Positions 22,196 to 31,456 of a stretch of 64,000 bases of DNA are shown here, one piece after another. This DNA is from an uncultured delta proteobacterium (GTDB lineage: Bacteria > Myxococcota_A > Polyangia > Polyangiales > Polyangiaceae): NCBI GenBank assembly GCA_963716725.1, contig CAVQUB010000008.1, positions 32,001 through 96,000 on the forward strand. Reading direction: 5' to 3'. Under the pieces are notes generated by a model. It was not told the origin of the DNA and searched no databases. It saw only the letters and a list, made by a program, of their open reading frames with translations. The translations under genes and the position numbers were made by a program. Every line of letters begins with the position of its first letter. The stretch's first letter is position 1.

Positions 22196-23212
22196 GTGCG
22201 GATCGCGTTGGTCATCGCTGCGCTGGCCCTGGGGTGCTCCTCGTCCGACGACGAGTCGAAGGTCTGCGAGCCGGGGCGACAAGTCGCCTGCGCCTGCATG
22301 AGCGGGAGCGGGATCCAGAAGTGCCACAGCGATGGCAGCGGCTACGGCGCCTGCCAGTGTGGTGACGCGGGCGCCGACGCCAGCGCCGGTTCGGGCGGCG
22401 GCGGCAACGCCGGTTCGGGCGGCGGCGGCAACGCCGGATCGGGCGGCGGCGGCAACGCCGGTTCGGGCGGAGCGTCCGGTGGCGCATCCGGTGGTGTGGG
22501 CGGTGGTGTGGGCGGTGGCAGCGGCGGCAGCGGCGGATCCTCCGGCGACGCCGGCACGACCTGCGCTCCGGGCACGGCCACCAACGTCACGGGTGCCTGC
22601 GATCTCGTCACCCAGAACTGCGCCGCGGGTCTGACCTGCCGCGTCGAGCAGACCGATGCGGGCGGCTATCAGAGCGCGTGCATCGATCTCGGCAACGGCG
22701 CAAAGAAGCTGGGCGAGTCGTGCAATGCGCACAAGGACTGCCAGGCCAAGCTGAGCTGCGCGCTCTCGAAGTGCACGCGGCCCTGTTGCAACGACGGCCC
22801 CTGCGGAGCCAACGGCTCCTGCGACATGAAGATCAGCTACGGCTCCTCCTTCGTGCAGGTCTGCACCTTCTCGGCGTCGTGCACTCCATGGGCAAAAGAC
22901 TGCCCGTCGGGACCCGAGTCCGACTGCCATATCGGCGCCAACGGCAAGCTCAAGTGCAGCTTCCCCAACTACACAACCGACGCGGGCTCGACCTTGGGCA
23001 CGGCCTGCCAGTTCTTGAACGACTGCCAGGATTCGCAGCAATGCGACTTTGCGAGTGGCAGCGGCGTGTGTCGCTGGCTCTGCAAGGCCAGCGGCAGCGG
23101 CGCGCCGGACGCCGGCGCCGTCGGCGGCACGCCCGGCAACGGCGGCTGTCCCAGCGGGCAGACCTGCAAGGCCTACTCGAGCCCGAGCTGGCTCGGCGTG
23201 TGCCGGCCGTAG
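22196..23212 (+). CDS. Cys-rich lipoprotein
   Basis: Lipobox LALGC; (AGSGGGGN)3 linker; many Cys pairs. Confidence 0.82.
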   Translation: MRIALVIAALALGCSSSDDESKVCEPGRQVACACMSGSGIQKCHSDGSGYGACQCGDAGADASAGSGGGGNAGSGGGGNAGSGGGGNAGSGGASGGASGGVGGGVGGGSGGSGGSSGDAGTTCAPGTATNVTGACDLVTQNCAAGLTCRVEQTDAGGYQSACIDLGNGAKKLGESCNAHKDCQAKLSCALSKCTRPCCNDGPCGANGSCDMKISYGSSFVQVCTFSASCTPWAKDCPSGPESDCHIGANGKLKCSFPNYTTDAGSTLGTACQFLNDCQDSQQCDFASGSGVCRWLCKASGSGAPDAGAVGGTPGNGGCPSGQTCKAYSSPSWLGVCRP

Positions 23213-23221
23213 GGACCCGCC

Positions 23222-25867
23222 ATGTCATTGGCAATCAACGGCGCGCTTTCGGGCTTGGCCCTGGGCATTGTCCTGCTCGTCGCGAGCGGCTGTGCTTGCG
23301 GCTCGAGCGACGACGCCAAAGGTTCCAGCGGAGGAAGCTCCGGCGCTGGCGGCTCCGGCGGCTCCGGCGGCGCGGCGGGAGGCGGCGCGACGGGCGGGAT
23401 CGCGGGCAGCGACGGCGGCGGTGGCGCGAGCGCGTGCGAGCCGAACGTCACCGAGAAATGCGATCCATGCAGCGGCGGCATCGGCTCGCGGCGCTGCGCG
23501 GCGGACGGCAGCGGCTGGTCAGCGTGCGAATGCGAGACCTACGGCACCGAGATCGCCGTCAGCCCGAAGGGCAGCGACTCCGCCGCCGGCACCCTGGCCG
23601 CACCCTTTCAGACCCTCGGCCGCGCCAAGCAGAGGGTCGGAGAGCTGGTCCTCTCCGGGCTACCCGCTGGCGGCGTCGTCGTCTGGCTCCGCGACGGGGT
23701 GTACTCGCTGACCGACACCCTGACGCTGGGCGCGAAGGAGTCCGGCAGCGACGGCAAACCGGTGGTGTGGCGTGGCTACCCGGGCGAGCGCCCTCGCTTG
23801 GTGGGCGGGGCGAGCGCTCCGCCCAGCGCCTTCAAGCCCATCACATCGAGCTCGCCGATTTACTCTCGCCTCGATCCGCCAGCGCAGGCGAAGGTGATGG
23901 AGGCGTCGCTCCCGGCGCTCGGCATCACGGACTACGGGGCGCTCACTCGGCGCGGATTCTGCGGCAGTGCGTCAAAGGGTCCCCTCGAGCTCTTTGTCGA
24001 CGGAACACCGATGACGCTCGCGCGCTGGCCCGACGCATCTCAAAGCGACGTGATCGTGGACGCCGAGCAGGCGGGCGCGGTCGACGCGTTCGGCTCGCCG
24101 ACGCCCAACGTCGCTGGGCACTATTCGAAGACAGGCTCGAAAGACGGCGTCAGCGCCTTTGCGCGCGATGGGCTGGTCGGCGGCCTGCAATATCAGCTGT
24201 ACCGGCTGACGTGGGACTACCAAAACAGCACCTACACAGCTTGGTTTCTGACCACCGACGCCTCGGGCTACCCGAGCGATACGCACCCCTGGTGGTCGCG
24301 CTACGACCAGAAGCTCGGTCCCATGAGCCCGTCCGCCGGAGCCTCCGGCAACGTCACCTTCCAAGACCCCGACGCCATCAACCATGGTTTTGCCAGCGTC
24401 GCCGAGGCGGTTTCGACCACGGTTTGGCGTTACTCCGGCGATCGCCCCTCGCGTTGGGCAGATCCGACCGACGTGTGGTTCCACGGCTTCTGGAAGTACG
24501 CGTGGGCCGATTGCCACGTGCCGACGGCCAAGATTGATCTCGGCACCAAGACCGTGACGCTCGGTGACTCGCCTGGTTATGGAGTCGCCGCCGAGCAGCC
24601 TTACTACGCCTACAACATGCCGGAAGAGCTCACGGTGCCGGGCGAGTACTGGATCGATCGAGCCACCGGCTCGCTCTATCTCTGGCCGCCGGACAAGTTC
24701 GCTGCCGCCGAGATCGTGGTCTCGCTGCTCGAGGCGCCCCTTGTCACGTTGAACGGTGCGACCCACGTGGGGTTGCGCGACCTCACCTTGGAAGCCGGTC
24801 GAGGTGAGCTCGTGCGAGTCACCGGCGGCTCTCACGATCAGCTGGTTGGGCTCACCCTGCGCAACGCCGGCACCAACGCCGGATCGATCTCCGGCAGCGA
24901 ACAGCTGGTCCGTTCCTGCAATGTGTACGGCACGGGCAATGGCGGTTTCTCGGTCTCGGGCGGCGATCGCCCGTCTCTGACCCAGGCCAAGAACGTCGTC
25001 GAGAACTCGCACTTTCACGGGCTTTCGCGCTGGGAGTGGACCTATCGTCCGGCCATTGGCCTCAGTGGGGACGGCAACGTTGCGCGCAACAACACCATCC
25101 ACGATCTGCCTCACTCGGCGATCCTCTACGGTGGCAACGAGCATCAGATAGAGCTGAACCACATCCACCACGTGTGTCAGTTTTCGAGCGACGCGGGCGC
25201 TATCTACGCCGGCCGTGACTGGGGCGCGCGCGGCAACGTGATCCGCCACAACTTCATCCACGACCTCAGCACCTGGTTCGAGGGCTACGGCGTCCAGGGC
25301 ATCTACCTCGACGACTGCCTGAGCGGAGTTCGGGTCGAGGGCAACGTGCTCTACAAGATCTCCGGCTACGGTATCCAGCACGGGGGCGGGCGCGACAACA
25401 TTTTGCGCAACAACATCATGGCAAAATGCGGCGGGGCACTCACCGCTGATAGCCGCTGCATGACCTGGCTCCCGAACGGCGAGCCCAACGACAAGCCCGG
25501 CGACAGCTGGAACCTGCTCGAGAAGCTGAACGCTGTCGGCTACCAGAAGGAGCCGTGGGCCTCGCGCTTCCCCGAGTGCGCGGCCATCCCCAACGATTGG
25601 ACCGCCATCAGCTCGCCGCCCTCGCACTGGCTCTTGCCCGAAGGGTCCGAGCTGACGCGCAATCTAGGGTTCGGCAACGGCAAGTGGGCCAGCGCGTCGA
25701 GTCAGACTCTGGCGGCTTACGCCAAGAACGCAGACAACCTGGAAGACACGGACCCGCTCTTCGTGGACGAGGCCAAGTTGAACCTCGATCTCATGCCGAA
25801 CTCGCCGGCGTACGCGATCCCGGGCTTCGAGAAGATCCCCTTCGCGAGCATCGGCATCACGCCCTGA
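23222..25867 (+). CDS. Secreted/lipoprotein right-handed beta-helix protein (pectate-lyase-like fold, putative glycan-active enzyme)
   Basis: VSPKGSDSAAGTLAAPFQTL, VWLRDGVY, LFVDG..MTLARWP, PGEYWID, DAGAIY, GIYLDDCLSG..VEGNV. Confidence 0.85.
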   Translation: MSLAINGALSGLALGIVLLVASGCACGSSDDAKGSSGGSSGAGGSGGSGGAAGGGATGGIAGSDGGGGASACEPNVTEKCDPCSGGIGSRRCAADGSGWSACECETYGTEIAVSPKGSDSAAGTLAAPFQTLGRAKQRVGELVLSGLPAGGVVVWLRDGVYSLTDTLTLGAKESGSDGKPVVWRGYPGERPRLVGGASAPPSAFKPITSSSPIYSRLDPPAQAKVMEASLPALGITDYGALTRRGFCGSASKGPLELFVDGTPMTLARWPDASQSDVIVDAEQAGAVDAFGSPTPNVAGHYSKTGSKDGVSAFARDGLVGGLQYQLYRLTWDYQNSTYTAWFLTTDASGYPSDTHPWWSRYDQKLGPMSPSAGASGNVTFQDPDAINHGFASVAEAVSTTVWRYSGDRPSRWADPTDVWFHGFWKYAWADCHVPTAKIDLGTKTVTLGDSPGYGVAAEQPYYAYNMPEELTVPGEYWIDRATGSLYLWPPDKFAAAEIVVSLLEAPLVTLNGATHVGLRDLTLEAGRGELVRVTGGSHDQLVGLTLRNAGTNAGSISGSEQLVRSCNVYGTGNGGFSVSGGDRPSLTQAKNVVENSHFHGLSRWEWTYRPAIGLSGDGNVARNNTIHDLPHSAILYGGNEHQIELNHIHHVCQFSSDAGAIYAGRDWGARGNVIRHNFIHDLSTWFEGYGVQGIYLDDCLSGVRVEGNVLYKISGYGIQHGGGRDNILRNNIMAKCGGALTADSRCMTWLPNGEPNDKPGDSWNLLEKLNAVGYQKEPWASRFPECAAIPNDWTAISSPPSHWLLPEGSELTRNLGFGNGKWASASSQTLAAYAKNADNLEDTDPLFVDEAKLNLDLMPNSPAYAIPGFEKIPFASIGITP

Positions 25868-25888
25868 CAGCGCTCAGAGCGGGCGCCG

Positions 25889-26752
25889 CTACTGCTTGAT
25901 GAACTCCGCGGTCTCCGTGTCACCCGCCTTGCATCCGGCGAGCTTCTGCAAGGTGACCTGTGCGAGGAACGTCGCATCGAGCACCCGGGTTCCCGTGAAC
26001 GACTTCCCGTTCTGCGTCAGGTTGAACGTGTCGATGAGGCTCGCCTGGTTGCCCGACGTGCACTTTGCCGCGGCGCATGTGGCGCTGCACGTGTAGCTGG
26101 TCGCCGTCGTGGAGGTGACCACACCGCAGCTCGGATACGCGACCGTGAAAGCCGTGGTGCGCGTGCACGCGGGAGTGCCCGAATAGGAGACGTTGACGAC
26201 GCCCGCGGTACCCGAGAAGGTTTCCTCGACCGAGGCGATGCCCAGGCTGATCGCGTACGCGCGGATGTCGGTGGTGCCGCAGGTCCAGATCCCCCACGTG
26301 TAGTTGCCGTCCAGGTACGTCGCACAGCCGCTGTCGGCTTGCGCGTCGGGCGCGGCATCAGCGGCAGCGTCCACAGCGGAGTCAGCGGCAGCGTCCACAG
26401 CGGAGTCAGCGGCAGCGTCCACAGCGGAGTCAGCGGCAGCGTCCACAGCGGAGTCAGCGGCAGCGTCCACGGCGGAGTCAGCGGCAGCGTCCACGGCGGA
26501 GTCAGCGGCAGCGTCCACGGCGGAGTCAGCGGCAGCGTCCACAGCGGAGTCAGCGGCAGCGTCCACAGCGGAGTCAGCGGCAGCGTCCACGGCGGAGTCA
26601 GCGGCAGCGTCTGCGGAAGAATCGGCGCCCGCGTCCGCTGGCTTGCCGGGACTTCCCGAGTCGTCGTCACCGCAAGCAACGACGCACGCGGACGGCACCA
26701 GGATCAATGCCGCCGCGCCAACTACCCACGATCGCGTCCAAGGGTGACTCAT
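25889..26752 (-). CDS. Lipoprotein with (DAAADSAV)n repeat linker
   Basis: Lipobox VVACG; Cys/Thr-rich C-terminal domain of about 145 aa. Confidence 0.8.
   Translation of the reverse strand: MSHPWTRSWVVGAAALILVPSACVVACGDDDSGSPGKPADAGADSSADAAADSAVDAAADSAVDAAADSAVDAAADSAVDAAADSAVDAAADSAVDAAADSAVDAAADSAVDAAADSAVDAAADSAVDAAADAAPDAQADSGCATYLDGNYTWGIWTCGTTDIRAYAISLGIASVEETFSGTAGVVNVSYSGTPACTRTTAFTVAYPSCGVVTSTTATSYTCSATCAAAKCTSGNQASLIDTFNLTQNGKSFTGTRVLDATFLAQVTLQKLAGCKAGDTETAEFIKQ
26358..26611 (-). repeat. 24-bp tandem repeat x~10.6 (TCAGCGGCAGCGTCCACRGCGGAG on + strand)
   Basis: Units start every 24 bp from 26358. Only one position varies (a/g, synonymous). No spacers. Confidence 0.96.
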
Positions 26753-26956
26753 ATGACTTTCTGCCTCGGCGACCGGCTGAGTCGAAGGAACCCGCGCGGC
26801 GCGATCTCGGCGATCGTGGAGTAGACGTCACCTGCTCGCGTTCAGCAATGAAAAAGGGCGGCTCCTCCGCCTCGCCATCGGGCGAGCACCTTCGAGACTC
26901 AGGCGCATCCACGCTGACGGAGGCGGCCGTTGCCTGAACGCTACCGCCTTGGGTGA

Positions 26957-27976
26957 TCAGAGCGGCGCGAGGGCGGCGCCGTAGATCTTGAAGTCGTCGA
27001 TGATGCCGTTGGCCGGGGTCGCGTCGTTCGCACCGAGGGCTCCAAGGAAAATCGAGCCCGCGGTCGAGATGCCGCTCATGCTGAGCGGGTACTTGGCCGG
27101 GCCTTCGGCGAACTTCTTTGCCTCGACCTTGTCGAGCCAGATCCGAACCGCCGGCGCGCCCGGGGGCGAGGTGTTCGACGACCACGCGATGGTGATCCGA
27201 ATCAGTGACCCAACCTTGAAAGCGTAGTCGCTGGGGCCGATACTGGTCGGGTGAGCGATCAAACTCGAGTTGACGAGCGTGAACTGAAGCAGGTTCGACG
27301 CGGTCTTGGTGAGCTTGATGCCACCCTTGCTGTCGACGTCGCCCGTAGCAAATAGGTTGTGGACCAGACCGTCGGTGTGAAGGTCGTCCGGCATGTACCA
27401 AAAATCGATGGTGCCGGCGTTGAGGTTGAGGTTCGGCGCCATCGGGTACTCGACGTGCTCGGCTCCCGCATCGATGAGCAGCCCGTTGCCACACTGCGCG
27501 GACTTGAAGTCGTCGTCCGGAACGGCCGTTCCAGGCCCAGCGCCCTTCATGGGGTTCTTGATTTCAGCCGCGTTGTCGAGGGTCGTGTAGAGCTTGATGG
27601 GCAGGCCGCTCACGAAGCCGCAAGCCGGCCACACCATGGCGCCGCCAGAGCCGCCAGAGCCGCCACTGCCACCACTGCCACCACTGCCACCACCCGACCC
27701 GCCGATGTTGCCGCCGCCGCCCCCCGTGTTGCTGCCACCACTGCCGCCCGCGCTCGTTCCGCCCGCGCTCGTTCCGCCCGCGCTCGTTCCGCCCGCGCTC
27801 GTTCCGCCCGCGCTCGTTCCGCCCGCGCTCGTTCCGCCCGCGCTCGTTCCGCCGCTATTCGATCCCGCTGCGCCGCTACTCGCCCCCGTCCCGCCCTCGC
27901 TCTTGAACTCACTGCCGCTACAGCCCACCGCGAGTGCAACGAGCCCAACGCAAGGTCCGTACGTTCGCCAAGACAT
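26957..27976 (-). CDS. Lipoprotein with LamG/ConA-like jelly-roll domain
   Basis: Lipobox LAVGC; (GTSAG)6 linker; GTIDFW...ITIAW...IWLD...IFLGA...GIIDDFKIY. Confidence 0.83.
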   Translation of the reverse strand: MSWRTYGPCVGLVALAVGCSGSEFKSEGGTGASSGAAGSNSGGTSAGGTSAGGTSAGGTSAGGTSAGGTSAGGTSAGGSGGSNTGGGGGNIGGSGGGSGGSGGSGGSGGSGGAMVWPACGFVSGLPIKLYTTLDNAAEIKNPMKGAGPGTAVPDDDFKSAQCGNGLLIDAGAEHVEYPMAPNLNLNAGTIDFWYMPDDLHTDGLVHNLFATGDVDSKGGIKLTKTASNLLQFTLVNSSLIAHPTSIGPSDYAFKVGSLIRITIAWSSNTSPPGAPAVRIWLDKVEAKKFAEGPAKYPLSMSGISTAGSIFLGALGANDATPANGIIDDFKIYGAALAPL

Positions 27977-28102
27977 TCGGACGATGCTAGCAGGATCTCA
28001 GCCTGGGGACCGTCGGTTTGCTACTCCGGGCGCACCCTGCGGCGCCCGACGGCGGGCGTTCGCGCCGCCCGCGCATCCTTGGGCAGGGCACTGACTGCCA
28101 GG

Positions 28103-28411
28103 GTGATCGAGCCCGCTCCCGCCGACCATCCCAGTGCGTTGTTGTCGAGGCCTTCGGTTATCATCCAAAAGCGCGTCGAGCTCGTCACCGAAAAGGGCAC
28201 GGTTGCCGCGACGGTCGTGTTCATCGGCTGCGATGGCGATCGTGACTGTCTCGGAGTCGAGCTGAGACCCGACACCACCGTGGCGACACCGGCCCATGAC
28301 GCCCTCGGATACCTCTTCGGGTGCGGCACGGAGGGCGACGAGCTGCGCTGCACCGACCTCGGCAAGGCGCGCAAGTTCTATCGCTACCCCAAGGAGGACG
28401 GAGGCACCTGA
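28103..28411 (+). CDS. Hypothetical protein
   Basis: Plausible composition in the 3' part of ORF 27359..28411; start uncertain. Confidence 0.4.
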   Translation: MIEPAPADHPSALLSRPSVIIQKRVELVTEKGTVAATVVFIGCDGDRDCLGVELRPDTTVATPAHDALGYLFGCGTEGDELRCTDLGKARKFYRYPKEDGGT

Positions 28412-28530
28412 ACCCGGTCGGCGGGTGCTGCGCTGGCTCTCACGCAGCGGTGCCGGGCGAAGGGCGGCGGCGCAGCGACGGATCGCTTTGTCCGTCGCGG
28501 AAACGAGCGGAACGGAGTACGGAGGCGGCA

Positions 28531-29160
28531 ATGAACCGAAAGCTCTCGACGGCGATCGTCACCGTCACCGTCGCGCTCGGATTGGCGGTGGCGTGCGCGG
28601 CCGAGCGCGCGAGCTCCGGCCCCGGCGGTTCTCCGCCGGATCCAGCCCCCTCGCCGTCGTCAGCCCTGATCGGCTCCGGCACTGCCGACGCGAGCGCGGA
28701 CGCGGTCGCAAACGCGGTCGCAGATGCGAGCCCCGTCGACGCAGGCGCGACCGACCCCGCCGCCGTCGACGCGGCTACGGATTCACCAGAAGCGTCCACT
28801 CGCGACGCCGCGGCTGGGGCCGATGCTTCCGGCTGGGTGCAACCGCCGCTGGTCTTGAGGGGTGTGCGACGGTGCACGGCGGACGAGGATCGGGAAGACG
28901 TCTGCGCGGAGGGAGAGAAGCGCGGACTGTGTCTCGACAGCTACTGCGTGACGGCCTCCACTTGCAACCGGTACTGCACGGCGTCGGGAGCCAGCACCGC
29001 GGCCGTATGTCGGACCGATCCGAAGGAGTGCGGCGGAGTACGCGAGTGCCTGAAAGTGATCCAAGAAACCAACGTGCAATGCGAGCAATTCCGACGTCAG
29101 CTGATCCGCGACTGCGTCGCGACAATATGCCCCGCGATCCGAACCCTCGGACCGCGGTGA
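28531..29160 (+). CDS. Cys-rich lipoprotein
   Basis: GGAGG RBS; lipobox LAVAC; Pro/Ala/Asp linker followed by a ~12-Cys domain. Confidence 0.75.
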   Translation: MNRKLSTAIVTVTVALGLAVACAAERASSGPGGSPPDPAPSPSSALIGSGTADASADAVANAVADASPVDAGATDPAAVDAATDSPEASTRDAAAGADASGWVQPPLVLRGVRRCTADEDREDVCAEGEKRGLCLDSYCVTASTCNRYCTASGASTAAVCRTDPKECGGVRECLKVIQETNVQCEQFRRQLIRDCVATICPAIRTLGPR

Positions 29161-29187
29161 GCCGATTCAGCGCGTGCCATGCCTCGC

Positions 29188-30216
29188 TCAGTCGGGCACC
29201 AGTACCAGCTTGCCGACGGTGCTGCCGGACTCGATGGCGGCGTGCGCCTCGCCGACGCATGACATGGGGAACACACGCACCTCGTGGGGGCGGATCTTGC
29301 CGAGCCAACCGATGAGATCGCGCATGCCGTCCACCAAGAACTCTGGACGATCGAAGAGGTACGACAGATTGAAGGCCATCACGCTGCGGTTCTGCTCCGT
29401 CAGCGCCAGCGGGTTGAAGCGCGGCGTGCGCAGCCAGTCCACGGCCAGCTTGCCGTAGTGCGGCTTGCCGCCGCTCTTGGGCATCATGGTGTGAAAGCCG
29501 TAGATCACCAGGCGCCCGCTCGGCCGTACGTGACGGTAGCTCTCGCCGAGCGTCTCGATGCCGTTGGCATCGAGCACCACGTCGTAGCCCTCGGGAGCGA
29601 AGCGCTCGGCTGTCGGCCACAGATCGACGCTGCTCTTGTCGATCACTTCCGTCGCGCCATGGCCGCGTGCCGCCTCGACCTTGTGGGAGCTGCCCACGAC
29701 CCCGACCACGTCGCAGCCCTGGACTCGCGCGATCTGCGTGAGCGCGCCGCCCACCCCGCCCGCCGCCGAGTGCACCAGGATCTTCATGCCGGACCGCAGC
29801 CGGCAGAGCTCCATCAGCGCGTAGTGCGCGGTCAGGAACACCGCAGGGAAGCCCGCGGCCAGGGTCGCCTCCATCTCGGGCGGCCGCGCGAAGACCTGGA
29901 CCTCGGGCACCACCACCTGAGTGGCGTAGCCGTCGAAGCGAGTGATGCCGATGACCTCGCTGCCGACGGCGGGTCCCGACGCGCCGTCGCCCAGGCGCTT
30001 GACGCGGCCCGCGACCTCGAAGCCCGGCGTGATGGGCCAGCCGACGTACTTCTTGGCCGACGAGTACAGGCCCATGCGCACGATGCAGTCGGCGTAGTTC
30101 ACGCCCATGGCGTCGACGTCAATCAGGACCTCGCCAGGGCCGGGCTCGAGATCGGCGTGCTCTTCGATGCGCAGCTTGTCGTAGGAACCTGCGCGATGAA
30201 CGACGACCTTTTTCAC
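29188..30216 (-). CDS. Medium-chain dehydrogenase/reductase (Zn-independent, quinone oxidoreductase/VAT-1-like)
   Basis: GVNYAD...PGFEVAG, LVHSAAGGVG, AHAAIESGSTVGKLVL. Confidence 0.92.
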   Translation of the reverse strand: MKKVVVHRAGSYDKLRIEEHADLEPGPGEVLIDVDAMGVNYADCIVRMGLYSSAKKYVGWPITPGFEVAGRVKRLGDGASGPAVGSEVIGITRFDGYATQVVVPEVQVFARPPEMEATLAAGFPAVFLTAHYALMELCRLRSGMKILVHSAAGGVGGALTQIARVQGCDVVGVVGSSHKVEAARGHGATEVIDKSSVDLWPTAERFAPEGYDVVLDANGIETLGESYRHVRPSGRLVIYGFHTMMPKSGGKPHYGKLAVDWLRTPRFNPLALTEQNRSVMAFNLSYLFDRPEFLVDGMRDLIGWLGKIRPHEVRVFPMSCVGEAHAAIESGSTVGKLVLVPD

Positions 30217-30255
30217 GACGTCGTGCCTAACACGGCGCGAAGCGCTCGTGTCGTC

Positions 30256-31456
30256 TCAACGTGGGATCGCCGCCAGCGCGGGCGCGCTCGCGGTCGTCTG
30301 ACGCACTGCGAGCACCGTCATGCTGCTCGAAGAGCTCGGCGCGTGCAGCACAGCGACGGATCCAAGTTCCTGCTTCTGGGGCCCGGACGATCCGTCCAGC
30401 GCGGCACGAAAGAGCGTGCTCTTGCCCTCCCAGCGCACCACCCACTCCGCGACCCCAGCCCGCGCCGTCGGGCGCACGGCCTGCTCGGACTGCACTTGGG
30501 TGAGCTTCGTGCCCGTCGCCGTTGGGCTCGCGAGCGGCACGGCCCAGATGGCATATTCCTGCAGCTTGGGCACCGGGTGCACGCCGACCCACTCGAGGTA
30601 GCTCAAGGTCCCGCTCGATCCGAGCATCGGGAAGGCTTGCTTGCCGCTGGCGCTCCGCAGGGTTGCCGTGTTCGTCGCGCGATCGACGACGATGACGTCC
30701 GCGAGGGTGGTCCCGTCGCCGGAGTAGATGCCGCTGGGATCTTCCGAGAAGTCACTGAGCGCAACATGGGTCAGTGACACGTCGGCGAAGCGCTGCTGCC
30801 CCTTTCCCCCGGACACGAGCTGCGTCGACTGATCGCTCAGCTTATAGAGGAACACGTCGGTGTCGGAGTCCGCCGTCGCGCCGAGCCAGCCGGTGAAGAC
30901 CACGGCATCGGTCGTGGCCCGCGGCTCACCCGACTGGACGAAGGAGCCGCTGAGCGTGGTGGTCACGCCGGCGTGGCGTATCCGCACCGCGGTCGACCCC
31001 GCAGCGCCGGTTTCCCACGCCAGCACGTCGCCGGCGAGGCTGGGGCGACGGGGGACTGCCAGCCGCGCTCTCGACGCTGGTCTCGCTGCCCGTGGCGAGA
31101 TCGCGCACCACCAGCGCTTTGCTCTTGGCCGAGACGTAGGCGAGCGTGCAGCCGTCGACGGTGTACGAAGGAAAGCCATCGAGATCGACCTCGGCGACCT
31201 CGATGCCCCTGGCTTGGGCCAGGCAGTCGGGCCCGCCTCCGCCTCCGCCCTTGCCGCTGGTGCCCGCGCTGCCCCCGCTGGTGGTGCCGCCAGTTCCGCC
31301 GCTTGCGGTTCCGCCGCTGCCCCCGCTGGGCGCGCCGCCAGTGGCGCCGCTGCCGCCGGCTCCGCCTCCGCTCGCCGCGCCCGGCGTTGTCTCGTCCGCC
31401 CCACACGAGAACGCAAGCACGGCAAGCATCACAATCGCCAGGCGCGTCATGTTCAC
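30256..31456 (-). pseudogene. Lipoprotein with TolB-like beta-propeller, interrupted by +1 frameshift in a homopolymer
   Basis: N-half (lipobox LAFSC...ESAAGSP) and C-half (PRRPSLAGDVLAW...) are in different frames. Deleting one base of the G5 run at 31050-31054 joins them. Confidence 0.8.

Noticed and set aside
26358..26611. 24-bp repeat array as CRISPR
   Set aside because: Units are contiguous with no spacers, lie in frame within a lipoprotein gene, and no cas genes are present.
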